The notes below the pieces were generated by a model that had not been told where the DNA came from, ran no database searches, and saw nothing but the letters and a program-made list of their open reading frames with translations. A stretch of DNA of 64,000 nucleotides from Lytechinus pictus (taxonomy: Eukaryota): the NCBI RefSeq assembly GCF_037042905.1, contig NC_087251.1, positions 26,290,001-26,354,000 on the forward strand, in the 5' to 3' direction. The position numbers and the translations under genes are program-made. How positions within the stretch are numbered: position 1 is the first letter of the stretch; every line of letters begins with the position of its first letter. Shown in pieces: positions 13,601 through 26,300 of the stretch.

Positions 13601-16600
13601 CATGTGGATTCCTTTCAATTACCTATCAGGAATACAACTGTACAATTCCTTAGTAAATTTGAAATATGTCACAACACACGGAATAATAGGTATAAAAAAA
13701 CATATTTCTAAGAGCATCGGAGATATTTTTTTCAGACCTTTGAGTATGTTCACGGAAGAAGGAATAATGACAAGTTTAAAGTTCACAATGTGGTCTTAAA
13801 AACTGACAAACTGCAAGGGATGTTGAGCCTTCTCATCTTATCATTGCTGCACCTACTTAAACAGTCCCACCTCATCTTCTACGCAACACTGACAACAAGG
13901 ACTTTTCTAATCTCATATATTCCTTTTTTTCACATGCACATTCTTTTTCAGTTTCAGAACTCAGTTTCATGGAAAGATACTCTACTCTCTCTAATAATGA
14001 TAATTTCTTCCCTCTAAATTATTCCATATTTTATATCTTTACTCTTACAAGGACTGACCACATGGTGAACCAGCATTCTCAACAGAACAATATCTGGGGC
14101 CTGCTGCTGAAAGAATCGCCTTTAAATGAAACTCATAAAATTAAGCACAAGTCCCATATGCTTGCTTCTGATTGGTTGATAATAAAGTTGCGATTGATTT
14201 GTGGAGTTGCATTTGATTGCAACTCTTTCTGTAACTGGCCTGTGATTTATAAAAATATGCTTTAACATACCTGAGAACGCAGTTCCTTTGCCAGTAAGGG
14301 GCATCTTCAGAATCTGGGCTGATTTGTCCGCCATTGCACAGGCTAGACTCTGACCATCATCTTTAAATAATGGTTCAAAAACAATTAAACAATTTAAGAA
14401 TAGAGTTGAAATTCCTTATCATGTGAAAATTAAAATATGTACTAAAATTTATTAAATTCATTTTGGTTATTTCACAGAGCAAACAAATAAATTTATGAAC
14501 GATTATTGCCAAACCAAGGTTTTAACACTTCAATGAATTTCATTAGGTAAAGTTACAATATGCAGATTTACATTGGCATTTTTACTTTCAACACATATTT
14601 ATAAGAGCATATAATTTTTGGCAAAATAGAAATTAAATAGTTAAAAATGTATTTATAAATTGTCAAATGTTTGAGCTCTGGCCATTTTGGCAGTTCATAA
14701 ACCAGTTGCTAATCTCTGCAAACAGCTGTATGAAACAGGATCGATGTTAAGTTTCCAACTCATTATGATGAAATGAATTCATATTGATATAAAATAAGAG
14801 CCATGGAAATTACAAAAACATACATAATGTAATTTCCAAAGCTGGCTTGAATGGGTGCTTTGATCTGATAATATGGGCATCACATTCAAAATGGAGTTTT
14901 TCTATTAAAATCTTGCTCCTGACAAGATGTCATTTTCTGGAAGGGGTTGCTGATGATTACTTTGAAGAGGAGAATACATGTAAAATTTATTGATCTTATA
15001 TTTCCACTGCCAGAAAGTGGCAGAGATCTTCTTCAATATATCTGAAATGGAACAATATTGTAAAAAAAAAGTTGTAAATTATAATCAGGAATCTTTCAAT
15101 AAGTATCAATAAGTCAATTTGAAATGGAGATTGAGACAAATGTGAATAACCATCATTTCAATAATTACCTGAGCCTAAAGTAGCAATGCCATTGCACAAA
15201 TAGGAAAAAACTTCACATGAAGTATATAGATTGACATTAAATTCTTTAACACAACACTTACCAGAGAAACTGATTGCATTGATTGGAGACCCTCGTTCAC
15301 TCAAGACCAGCTTGGTTTTCAGAGTCTCAGGGGGCTCAGAATCAATGGGATACTCTTTTAATAATGACCTGAATAAAATGAAAAAATGAATACAAAATAG
15401 AAACACAAACTGAAATAGTTATTGAAGAAAACTCAAGAAAAAGTCCCACATAAAAATTCCATAAATAAATAGAAACAGATTAATGATGACTCAACACATA
15501 AATTTACCTGCGACCCCACCCCCCAAATCTATTAATACATAACCGACGACATAAATGAATATTTTCTTCAATTACAAGTTTTCTCCAAATTATATATTTT
15601 CTTTCAAAAGTGTGATATCCTCTTGAGTAGTTTTAGTAATTTAGTCTAAAACAAAACACAAGATATATCAATAGGAAAAAATTCCTATAAAGCTTCACTT
15701 CCTCAAAAGTGCATGACAACTGAGCTCTACAGCCTTCAGGTCTTATATATGGTGTTAACTGGCAGTTTTTTGCTTATTGAGATCTTATATTCCATTATTT
15801 ATACTGGTAAGTGATACTGAATATATCACTTATAGTAAATGTGCATTTACCTCATTCCTGGAGCAGAGGAGGATTTCTGCAATGAGCTGCTTGCCTTCTT
15901 AGTTGATGTCTGCTTAGTTTGGGGAGTAAACATCTTGGTTCTGAAAAAAATAAAACAAAGATAATAATATGTAATAAAAACATCTTTACAAACTAATACA
16001 TGGAGCAATGGATTACTTGAAGCATTAATATATATATTAGCATACAATATAATAGCCTTCAAAAGGCAATTCATTTTTTTTAACAAGTGTGTAATAATGT
16101 TTCACTGTGACAAATAACAAAACATCAAACTCATTTTTCAAAAAAAAACAATGCCTATTGAAATGAGGAAACAAAGAATAATTAACCTGAATTTAACAAA
16201 AAGAGTTACTCTGCCAGAGAGGGAAAGATGAAAGAGAAAGTGAGAAATAGAGGAGAAATAGGAGAGAAAGTCCAATTGTGAGAGACAGAAAAAAAAACAG
16301 ACAGAAGGAAAGAGAGAGAGAGAGACAAAAAAAAGATGCATCCAGGCATATTGAAATTTGATTTTGCAATTTAAAATCAAATGACTTTCCTTTTTAACAT
16401 GAACATTCATAATATAAAGAGAACACACAAAAAATAATGCACATTAACAAAATAAGAGCTGCATCTTCCTCCTGGATTCCTCAAATCTTTATCATTAGTT
16501 TTTGTAATTTTCTAGCTTATCATCCCATTCAATGAGGAATGTATGAAAGCTGTTATGAAAGATACTGAGCAGGATTCAAGCAAACAGATGTGACATATAT

Positions 16601-19600
16601 TTCAAGGTGCCAAAATTCTATCATTCACATCAGTTACCTAGAAGTTTCTGTGTACCCTGATGAACGCACTTTAGTCTTGAAGGTCAAAGGCTGATCTTTG
16701 GTCTTTGTATTCTTACTTTCTGCTGATTTAGACTTCTTAGTCGTAGACCCAGAAGCTGTCTGTTTGCTGGATTTGGGCACCAGTTCGGAACGCAGGAATG
16801 ATTTATCAGCAAGGGGTACACTGAAAGATAAAAAATATACAGAGACAAGGCCCGGGGGGGGGGGGGGGGTGTCACGTTTTATAAAATATAGTTGTGGCAA
16901 GAAAACAAGTAAAAGGTCACCACCACTTAATACAAGGTGTATTTTCCCGTAATTTTTTTTTAGAAGCCCTGTGCGCCCCAAATCCATATGGGTCCAGTCA
17001 CACAATTTTTTATAGCTCCAAGCTGAGTAGAACACCAATTGAAATTTTAAGGAAAGTAAGATCTATATGTATGTGCAAACGTGTATTAACAAGCATAATG
17101 ATCTATGTGCTATGAAAAAAGCCCCCCCCCAAAAAAAAAAAATAAATAAATAAATAAGTAATAAATAAACAAATAATATAGTGTAAAATATTCCTTGTTA
17201 ACAGTACCATAAATTTTGTATAATTTCCAATTCAACAAAAATGACTCATTTTGCTATTAACCATTCAATACAACTTACTTGGGAATGACAGAGACTTTAG
17301 CGCTGCTTCCATCTGACTCTGTAGCATTGATATCCAAGGATTTACCCATCATCTGAGAGAGCTTGTTGACTGGGTCTGATTCTGGTTTCCTACTGACATC
17401 ACATCTGATGGTCAGGGTGTGTACAGAGTTGTGGAACAGACTACCAATCAGACATGTTACCTGGTTAGAGAATATATGATAGTATTTATCTATTAATCAT
17501 TTCAACAGATTTATATTAAGAAAACTCAGCCTAAATCAAGTTTGAGCATGTTAAAGAATCAATTGATGATGAAAATACGCCGCAGGGGATAAATTGTTCA
17601 CCTAGGATATTGACACGGTTAAGTAAATTTAGACTCTTATGCCTGTTTTGTGAACTCGGGTTTTATCTAATCTCTGATCTATAAATGTGGTTCATTTTTA
17701 AAAACGATAGCCAATTACAGACACTAATCTCTAGCAGTAGAGGTTCAATTTATCATTACATTTTTTGCTCAATTCTTTCATAGCTTTCAAAAAAATAATA
17801 ACTAGAATAGTTTTCTCCACTATTTAAGCATGGGGAAAGTACAAAGTTACAGAAGACATCATACAATGTACACAAAATTCGACATATCATATTCCCATAA
17901 TTTTTAGTACAGAGTTAGACCATAGTTCAGAATATGGGGCTTAAAGATAAAATAGAGTGAATAAGAATTACATTTTTAAATTATAAATATGTTTTTAGTA
18001 CATCAAATGAAAAACTTCCATTAGTTCACAATAGCAAGTACACTGTTACTACTAATAACTTTTCAGAAACATGGTCCTGATTTGTCAAGCATTTCATTTC
18101 TGCACAATTACTAGCCATTACCTGAGATGGCTGAAGACTTGACGAAAATGAATAATTCCCTGCTACTCCTAAAACTACATCCTCCTGATCGATGTTTTCC
18201 TCTGATTGCACTGGTCCTACCAAAAAAAGAAAAGTTTTAGTTAAAAAAAAAAATCAGTTAATACAGACTCTGCTCATATATCTGGGTTTGAAAAATGTCA
18301 TTGTGATCATCATCATTATCATAATAATAAACATCATCAAAATCACCATCACATTCATCATCGTCATCATGAAAATCATCAACATCATCCTCATGGTCAA
18401 CCTTAACATCATCATCAGAGTCATCATCTTCATCTTTATCATCACCATAATCATCATCCTCCTCATGGTCATCACCCTCATCATCATCTTCATCATCATC
18501 TTCATCATCATCATCATCATCATCTTTATCATCACCATAATCATCACCCTCATCATCATCTTCATCATCATCATCATCATCATCAGCAGCAGCATCATCA
18601 TCATCATCATCATCAACATCATCCTCCTCCTCATCATCATCATCATCGTCATCATCATTACCATCATTATCCCCCTCCTCATCATAATAATCATTGGCTA
18701 CTAGCTGTTTGGAGGCAGTAAGTGAATCGACTCACTGTGACTTCTGTTTGTCTCTCCCCCTTACTAGTGCAGGTAATCAAGTTTGCATGACAGATAATAC
18801 ATATGCAAAGTCAAAGACTTTACCCTATGGCCTCAATTTAAACGTTCTAATGGACACTGTTGGATACATCTCATGATCTATTAAAGTGAAACTACTTACC
18901 TTGGAAGTCAACATACTGTTCTACCATACAGCTAGCAGCATTGAGTTGGATTAAGGCACCTGGAGTTCCTATCATTAGATGAGACGTACTATCACTGAGT
19001 TCTCTACAAAAGCACCGAAGGAGATAAAACAAATATTATTCTGCCAATACTATCTAAATATAATAATAAATGGTGCTATCCTGTATTTCTAAGGATTTTT
19101 AGAAATATAAATTGGTGTATGTTTATTCCTCTTCTGTAACTCTATTTGTTATTCTCATCCTTTTCTTCTGGTATAGTATTGTGATGCACAACAACTTTCA
19201 ATTCTTTCTCTGTATCTTTTGATATTCAATTCTAAAACTCTTTATTCTCTTTTCCTATCTTCATATTCTATCCTCTTTATTTCACTTTTGGCATCATCTC
19301 ACTATACCCCCCTTAATTACAAATACGAATCTTTCTATATTACAGTCAAAACTAATATTCAATGCTTTAAGCATCTGATTGGCAAAAGGAAATAAGTGGT
19401 AATTGTTAGAAACATTTCATACTGTTTGCATTCAAATTCAAGTGTTCAATCAAAAGAACATCAATTTGTCTACTGTATCATAATCATATCACAATCAAAC
19501 AATGTACTGAAATATTATGATACAAAGCTTAAAAAGGAAGTTCAAATTTTAAGAGTTGCACAGAAAATGTATGACATCACATCCCTTTTGTTATATTAGA

Positions 19601-22600
19601 AGACATGGTTGAATGTTTTCATGAGTTTGTCCATGTAATTCTGAGAAATGATTTTGCACTAATTTCTCAAAACAATTTGATTGACTTTCTTTTTTTGCAT
19701 ATCTTCAATACTCATCAACACAAAGAAGAAATATAATGAAATGTAAACATGTACTTACTCTACAAGAGAGGTGTCTGGTAAGAGGAATGCAGGAACATTA
19801 GAATGATCACCCTTTTCTTTTGTTCCAGCCTTTGGCGCCGTTTTGGGGCTGGAGAACCCAAGACCAAGGATGCTCTCCCCACACTCCACTGCATCGTCGT
19901 CATCCTCACCATCGATCATGGATTGGTCTGTTTCCTGTTTCTTCCATGATGGTTTGCTACTGATAGTAGCAGGACCTGAAAAGACAATAGTCTTCATATA
20001 TTACCAAGTCCCTAGGATAGGACTCAAAGCCACATATCATCATTTGGTTCTATTTCAGGCATTAAATAAATAGAGTTTATTTACTGTAATTGGAACTACA
20101 ATAGAAATTTTAATGGGGTTACTTGCCGTTATTGATTTTATTAGGGAAAGACATTGGTAAAGTTGAATACATGCAAGTAATTTCTCACCTCTTAAAAATT
20201 GAAAACTCAAGAAAAAACAATATTTTAAATATGTAAGTGAAGAAAATTCTTGTCAGAAAGAAAGTTTGCTCAGCTCAATACCCTGTACACAATGAGAAAT
20301 GTCAGATATCTCACTATCATGAATAATAGAAATGAACTAAAATCATATTATCTAGAAGGATTACAAAATTAACAAACTTCAAACAACACAATCATACTGA
20401 GTAAAACTAATAAAGACCTTGTGACGTAGTTGAAGCCTTTTGTTCTGCCTTGAGCCTATTCTGTTGTCTAATATGTTTTGCTATATCAATATGGTGTAGA
20501 CATCTGTATCCCTTTCCTTCTGATAAGTCATATATCCTGACCTACAAGTAGAATAAATATAATACAAATTTTAATTCAGAATTTATAGAAGGGGTTGGAT
20601 GGCGGTGGGTGGTGTAATAATTAAAATTGTCAATTTAATACCCCTATGCTGCAATTGCATAATTATATTATATTGGATAGCTCAGCATCAGATAACAGAA
20701 AAAAAAATTATAAGTTAGGGAATATTACACAAAGTGAAGATGAGTGTAATATATCTCTGTTTTCTTCATGAATAACACAATCTAATAGATTTATTATCTT
20801 TAATCATCATTATTACTTAGACCATGCAATAAGGAATGATATTGCACATCAAGTATTAATGTATGTACATGCACATGCTTAAAACAGAATTTTGGAAGTA
20901 GCTCCATTGACAGAATGGAAAGAGTACATCATATAACAGAAGGTTTTATTTTACATTAACTTAAAAAGAGAAAATAAGACATTGGCAAGAAAATATTGGA
21001 GTGTAACCACTTGACCAAGAGTCAATGAAACAGAATGCCTGCTTGCACAATTTTTTCATAATTGTCTTGTTTTGTCTCTTTTCTCAAAGATTCTTCAAAT
21101 CCATGTTCATAGAAATATTTCACCATAAACCAATTGGAAGCTGGTCAATTTGATCCCCAAAACACAATTTGCGATGAGACCTACCCCCCTGTTAAAGCAC
21201 ACTGTTAATGAAACTCACCCCCTGCCAAAGCTTGCTCTGAAAAAGCCAAGGGCCCCATATAAAATAGGGGTAAGAGCTTTAATTAGCACAGTATATCAAA
21301 GCAAAAATGTACTGATGTACTGCTGAAGGTAACACATTTATTGATCACATAGGCTTCGGTCTTGTAGGCCTTTAACCAACTAGGCATATTAACATCATTA
21401 ACTAACCTGACCATCTGTAGTTCCCAATGCTACACACTGGCAGTAAGGGTCAATGGTGAGAGAAATAAATGGAGAAGCTGAGAGGGAAAAAAGATGAGAA
21501 GAATGTTATCAAGTTGACTGGAGATACCTAGTGGTCTTTGTAATACATTTAAGTCTTTAGAAATCACAGATTTCAGTAGTCAATGAATTAATAGGTAATG
21601 CCCTCAAGATATTGTTCTTATCTGCAACTAAACTAGAGCAATTTGCTTCAGTGGGAAATTGATGAAAATGACTAAGTACTGCATTATGCAATTTAATGTA
21701 CTTTCACTAAAACAAAATGACCGAAAGTAAAATTTTATTCTTGAAATCACTTATGATGCATAGTTAACAAATTAATTAATATGTCTATTGAGATCATTAT
21801 GCAGTAGTTGTAAAAAATTTGTGATTTTTATGATAATTTTTACCAACCCTTTTATTTACTGTTTGGCCTAGCTTTATAAGCAAAGTCAAAACCATTAAAT
21901 AAAAAAAACATATGGTAATATGTAATTCTTAATCAAAGAGGGTTTTTATTTTTTAAATCTAATAATTGATTTTCATTGCCAAAACTTGACAGATAACAAA
22001 GCTTACAATTTCAAATTACAAACCTGATATTATACTGGATTGGTAGATGAGGCACTGCGTTGCAATGTCCCATACCTAATCAAAACAAAAAAATATATAT
22101 TCCAGAGAAATGTATTAAACAAAACATTGTTGAAACTAGTTTCAATGGCCACTAAACATTTGTAAGATTGAGATTTTAGATGAAACTCAAGTATAATTCA
22201 CATTACTGACCCTTTACCGAATCTTAGGACGTGCTTTAAGGTTAATTCCCTAAATTTTCTTAATAAATCAACTTACTTTGAATGTTCTATCTTCAGAAGC
22301 AGACACCACAGTGTCCGGTGAATGGGGACAAAACTCAGCACAGGTCACCAGAGAAGTGTGACCTTCTAGCCTTGTATCAAGCCTCTCTCTCTGAAAAACA
22401 AATACAATATGTGACATTCCAAAAATACTCTTTACCAATTTATAATTTGAGTAGTTCTATATATAGCAGTGTATTTGGGTACGGTAGTTTTTTAATACTG
22501 TCACATCAATCCAACAACTGATCAGGTAGATAAAACTTACACACTCCTCTATCATAATGGAAGAGAAAGATCAAGTCTCTATAGAATACTTTATCAAATA

Positions 22601-25029
22601 TCTCGGGATAAGAAAGCTTTTTTTAATCTTTATAATATACAAAGATGAAAATAAAGATCTAATTCCTCCTAAAATATTTTTTATAGCATTCATCCATTCT
22701 CAAGGTTTGATTGCATTCAATTTTAATATTAATTTTTAATGGTTGAGTGCTTTCTGAGCATATAATTCTTGTGTCAAAGAAACTGTTTTAAAGCAATTGA
22801 GAAGGTATATGGGGTGAGAAATTTTAGATTTTCTGAATTGATAGGAAATTTACTCATTCTCCCTGAAAGTAAGTTGCACTGCTCACAAAAAATATATGAA
22901 GGATATACAGGACTACACACAAATTCAAAGACTACACACACTGGAAGTGTTTTATAATATAAGGTATATTTTGTCATATTTGCATGATGAGTGCATTTGG
23001 AGAACAGTCTGTTGCAGGAAACTTCATAACATTTCTGAATGAGATGGAGAATATATCAGAACTTGTAAACTGATTGTAGTTTTTTCCCCAATCTGGGCTA
23101 CATTGCATTAAAAAAATTATGGTAAATTTGCTGTCCATTTGCTCAGCAGCCAATCAAACAAGGATACCATAGAAGTTACCATTGGATGGCGAAGCTATCA
23201 TAAAAGTAAATTTTATGCAACAGGGCCCTGAACTTTCCAAGAAAGCCATACAAATTTCTTACCTGAGCATCTAGAATAAGAACCTCATTCTCCACACACA
23301 GAGCAACCAGATTCTCATCTGGATTAAAGCTTACATACTGCGGTTCTTCATAGTTGGTGCCTATGATGGTCCCCCTTATTTGATGACCTAAATCAAAAGG
23401 GCGATTAAAAAAAAAAAAATATGACACTGCATGCTATGGCACTTGTACTAGTTATATACTTCACATAGTCATTTCATGTCTTCAGTAATTTTGCAATCCA
23501 ATGAAAAGTCTATTTCAATTTAGTCTTCTATATTGAAAATTTTTCAAACACACCAACATTCAGATTTTACAGACAAATTTTATTCTGTTGTCTTCATTTG
23601 ATAAGAGATGGGGTGGGTTGGGAACACTTCATTCTAATGAAATTATGAGTTAAAAATGCATTTAGTGTAAAATTCCATTTATTATAAATTGAAAATATTA
23701 TATGATATAAACTATAATAAAGAGACAAAAGTCATAACAATTCAAATTTTAGCATTTTGTATTTCTCAAGCATTGAATAACATGTGGGTGTTCTTTTTTT
23801 TATAGGGGGACAGGAAAGCATGACAGCTTTGCTCTCAATATCTTTACTCAAGTTTACTTTACCGACTCTTATCTTAACCTTGATTTATAATATATTGTCT
23901 CAAATGTTCATCCGTGGCTATAGATAGGTTGAAATTTGAATGAAGATTTCACCTGTATCATGGGTTTCCCTTGATTTCTCAATATTCCACACTATGATGT
24001 AATCTGATCCAGCAGTGCAGAGGAGAGTAGGATTGTGTCTGAAGCCAAATGCAATAGCAGACACTCGTCTTTTGTGAGCTACCAACTCCAAGGGCTGTAC
24101 AAGAAACAAATATTTTCAACAAGTTTATTTCACGCATAAAGTTTGTCCATAATACCTATATATCGTACTAAAAATAATAATGATTAGAAAAAAATACAGA
24201 GATAGATATACTAGGTATGATGTTTGTATATTAAATTGAATAATGAAATATAAAATGTAACACCACAGACTCTAATTCCTGTCTTTCAAATTTTTAAAAG
24301 TCATTAGTGTCATTAATAACATATGCGTTGGTTGGTACCTTTTTAAAATTAAAAACTGAAAAAAGATAAAGAAAAAGGATGCATAGTAACAAGTGCTGAA
24401 AAGAGGACATAAACTAATAACATTTTTTTTACAGAATATAAAATGAAACTGCATTCTTGACAGAGTGAATTAAACTATTTTATGTTTTTGGAGCAGCACA
24501 AAAAATGTGCTCTTGCCAGCATTGGTCCAATATCTTGGGATGGTTAAAAAAAATAGGTTAAGTTCATGAAAATTTACATATTCTCTAAGCATTTAACAAA
24601 GGAAATCATTAGATAAAAAAATTTAAGTGTATAAGTAATACAACATTTAATTTACTGAAAATACAAATTAGAAAAACACTAATAAAAAAAAAGTTTAAAG
24701 TACAAAGTTCCAACACATGATTTAATACACAAGTTACCAAATTTATATTGAAGAGAAAAGATGATCTACTAGAATGATTTTTAAGCATCGACTCTAGGCT
24801 TGTTTTTGAGGGGAGGGAGTACTCTGGTATCTGATCTGAGATTCAACTGAATTTCAATACAATTAAAAAGAAAGAAGTTAATAATAACCTTTGACTGCCA
24901 GCTTTGCAGACTCCAAACCCCAATGGAAGATTTAGTGAATGGAACAGCCAAGTAGGTGCCATTGTTGCTCAACTGGTTTTGTGAGATCGGATATGGTGTG
25001 CGAATGCTGAATTTATGAGTTGTAGACAT
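4633..25029 (-). CDS. WDR27: WD repeat-containing protein 27 orthologue, complete; 23 coding exons, 906 aa
   Basis: Coding exons in transcription order: 25029-24889, 24094-23953, 23387-23263, 22390-22277, 22075-22024, 21477-21407, 20541-20418, 19975-19759, 19003-18900, 18216-18122, 17460-17279, 16820-16638, 15940-15851, 15368-15262, 14360-14271, 13229-13051, 12319-12186, 11017-10920, 10050-9929, 9152-9055, 8195-8093, 7093-6995, 4683-4633. All introns are GT..AG with matching phases; total 2721 nt. Peptides match recalled vertebrate WDR27 motifs: LEGHTSLVTCAEFCP..SASEDRTFKVWD, KDQPLTFKTKVRSSGY, QFYYVDRFVLL, DGIKVWDLRS, FSPCGKYIATGAEDRSAYVYDL, and C-terminal IVTATLDGKLRLYSDR*. Confidence 0.95.
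4733..6176. mobile_element. Non-autonomous PIF/Harbinger-like DNA transposon (1444 bp)
   Basis: Perfect 20-bp TIR AGCCCCAGTCACATATAGAC (4733-4752 / 6157-6176), TAA target duplication (4730-4732 / 6177-6179), subterminal 21-bp tandem arrays, AT-rich non-coding core. Confidence 0.9.
6456..6620. mobile_element. hAT-like MITE with 6-bp TSD
   Basis: Imperfect TIR: CAGGGGTGTGAGTGGTCA vs reverse complement of the right end AAGGGGTGTGAGAGTTCA. TTGATT directly flanks both ends (6450-6455, 6621-6626). Confidence 0.65.
7668..7968. mobile_element. Degenerate MITE
   Basis: Imperfect TIR: GGCCTGTTTTCCTAAGTTTGGTTTAA vs reverse complement CGCCTGTATTCTGAACTCGGTTTTAA. Confidence 0.5.
8556..8820. mobile_element. 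Tc1/mariner-type MITE (265 bp)
   Basis: 26-bp TIR CCGTAAGGGCACTAGTATTCAACCCG vs CCGTATGGGTACTAGTATTCAACCCG (2 mismatches); TA on both flanks. Confidence 0.85.
10051..10919 (-). other. WDR27: U12-type (minor spliceosome) GT-AG intron of WDR27
   Basis: 5' splice site T|GTATCCTTTG matches the RTATCCTTT consensus. Branch site TCCCTTAAC (plus 10069-10077) ends 18 nt before the intron end at the CAG acceptor. The phase-1 join gives ..NTFNS-Y-IVLCAG.. Confidence 0.92.
10309..10656 (+). mobile_element. tRNA-derived SINE, full length
   Basis: Pol III A box TGGTTTAGCAG, B box GTTCGAAGC (10364-10372), central GTGTCCTTTGGCAAGGC..CTCTCCACCCAGGTG..GGGTACC motif, and an L2-LINE-like tail GTAAAGCACTTAG..AAGCGCTATATAAAT followed by (TAY)n. 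Confidence 0.9.
11840..12108. mobile_element. MITE with ~45-bp TIR, flanked by CWG
   Basis: TGTCTTACAAAGAGTTACGATTGATCCRATCAATCAYAACT inverted at both ends; CTG on the left and CAG on the right. Confidence 0.85.
14097..14240. mobile_element. MITE of the same family as 63661-63805
   Basis: Shares GTTGCATTTGATTGCAACTCTTTCTG at the right end and the central CTGATTGGTTG. Confidence 0.7.
18296..18695 (+). repeat. Imperfect (CAT)n microsatellite in a WDR27 intron
   Basis: About 400 bp of CAT/CAC/CCT/CTT triplets. Confidence 0.95.
23096..23227. mobile_element. Degenerate MITE with CTG TSD
   Basis: CTG on both flanks, imperfect GGC..TTGCAT.AAA TIR, central GCCAATCA. Confidence 0.55.
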
Positions 25030-25599
25030 ATTCCTCTTTCAACTTTATTACCGCTATCTCTATCCGAAAAAAGACAAAAAGAAAAAATAATGAAATAAAA
25101 ATTATACTAGAGAATCATTAAATAAATTAACCCTGTACTAATCTCTCTCCCACGTGATAAAAGTTTTCCATTACTTATTTTTTTATTCTTCTGTCAAGTA
25201 GACTGGCATCAACTGATTTCATAGTCAGAATCGATTCTATCAATAAAATTTAAACATAAATTGCATAACAAGGCATCATCATAAGAATTCTACAATCCCA
25301 TTCATTCAGGGGTGATGCCAATGTATAGAGGTGAGACTGAGGGTAGTAGATGACCCAAACTATTTTTTTCTCAATTGTATAAGTTATAACAAAAGGATTA
25401 GTTAATTCTACATGACCCTCGATTAGAAATGAATAGGTGTAATTTTGGATGCACTTATTTCTCATCCTCTTTTCATATTTGTTTAGGACTTTAAGTACAA
25501 TTTCCCGTTCTCAATGTTGAATTGGTATGAATTTTTAATTTCATTTAGGCTCAAACTATTGTCAAACTGAAAAAAAAAACCAAGAAAATAACATCTAAT

Positions 25600-26300
25600 T
25601 GAGTAATTCTAACGTAACTTACACTGCACCACTCTAGGCGACACCCCAATACTTACCCGTGCTAATAAACTGGGACTCCACTCACGCGCATTTGGGCCGC
25701 CCTAGCTTAGAACTAAGCAATATTATCTAGAAATTGTTACATTGTAGTCATTAAATATGTTCTATTAAATAAATTGATAATGTTTAATCGGTACTCACCG
25801 GTTCTTTTGTTGCATTTTCAGACCATTTCTCACAATTCTTCGTAAATATTTGCGGCAAATTTTGTCGCCATAGACAGCTTAGCATCCATCTTTATTGATA
25901 AATGGAGCGCCCTTTACGATAGTTGTTAATGCCGCGGAGAAATCGTTAGGCATTTTGGCCTGTGTTCAAGGCGTTCTTTCTGTTTTATTTTTTATATTGA
26001 AGATTGTGCATTTGTTGAATAGCGCCGTCTACGTCAGGTATGAGATCGAGTGTATAAATACTCTTCCAAAATAATTATGATTCCGACCTGGCGCTGTTTA
26101 ACTTCAATCTCTTTCACCTAAATTAGCGATGAATGCTAGCATTATAAAATATATATTATTAACGTCTGACGAAAAGAATAACCAACCGATCAGCTGACGA
26201 GAACGCGAATCACGTGATCTTCATATCAGCTTCGATCGCGAGTCAGAAGAGAAGAGCAGCTGCCCAGAAAATCAGGAAAAAGCCGTGAAAATGTAAGTTC
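25600..26300. promoter_or_regulatory. WDR27 promoter region with candidate non-coding first exons; possibly bidirectional
   Basis: Locally CpG-richer. Minus-strand donors CG|GTGAGT (exon ends 25799) and GG|GTAAGT (exon ends 25657); acceptor of the ATG exon at 25060-25062. X-box-like GTCGCCATAGACAGC ~25864, E-box TCACGTGA 26210-26217, plus-strand donor AT|GTAAGT at 26293. Confidence 0.6.

Noticed and set aside
14945..15050. Box C/D snoRNA-like TGATGA..CTGA
   Set aside because: Antisense to the host gene, no convincing terminal stem, no recognisable rRNA guide.
18192..18704. Poly-Ile (170 aa) and poly-Met (146 aa) ORFs
   Set aside because: Translations of the (CAT)n microsatellite inside a WDR27 intron.
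20412..20417. Weak donor GTCTTT as a second minor intron or a mis-call
   Set aside because: Lacks RTATCCT and a U12 branch site. Phase and a downstream stop force this site, so it is treated as a weak U2 donor.
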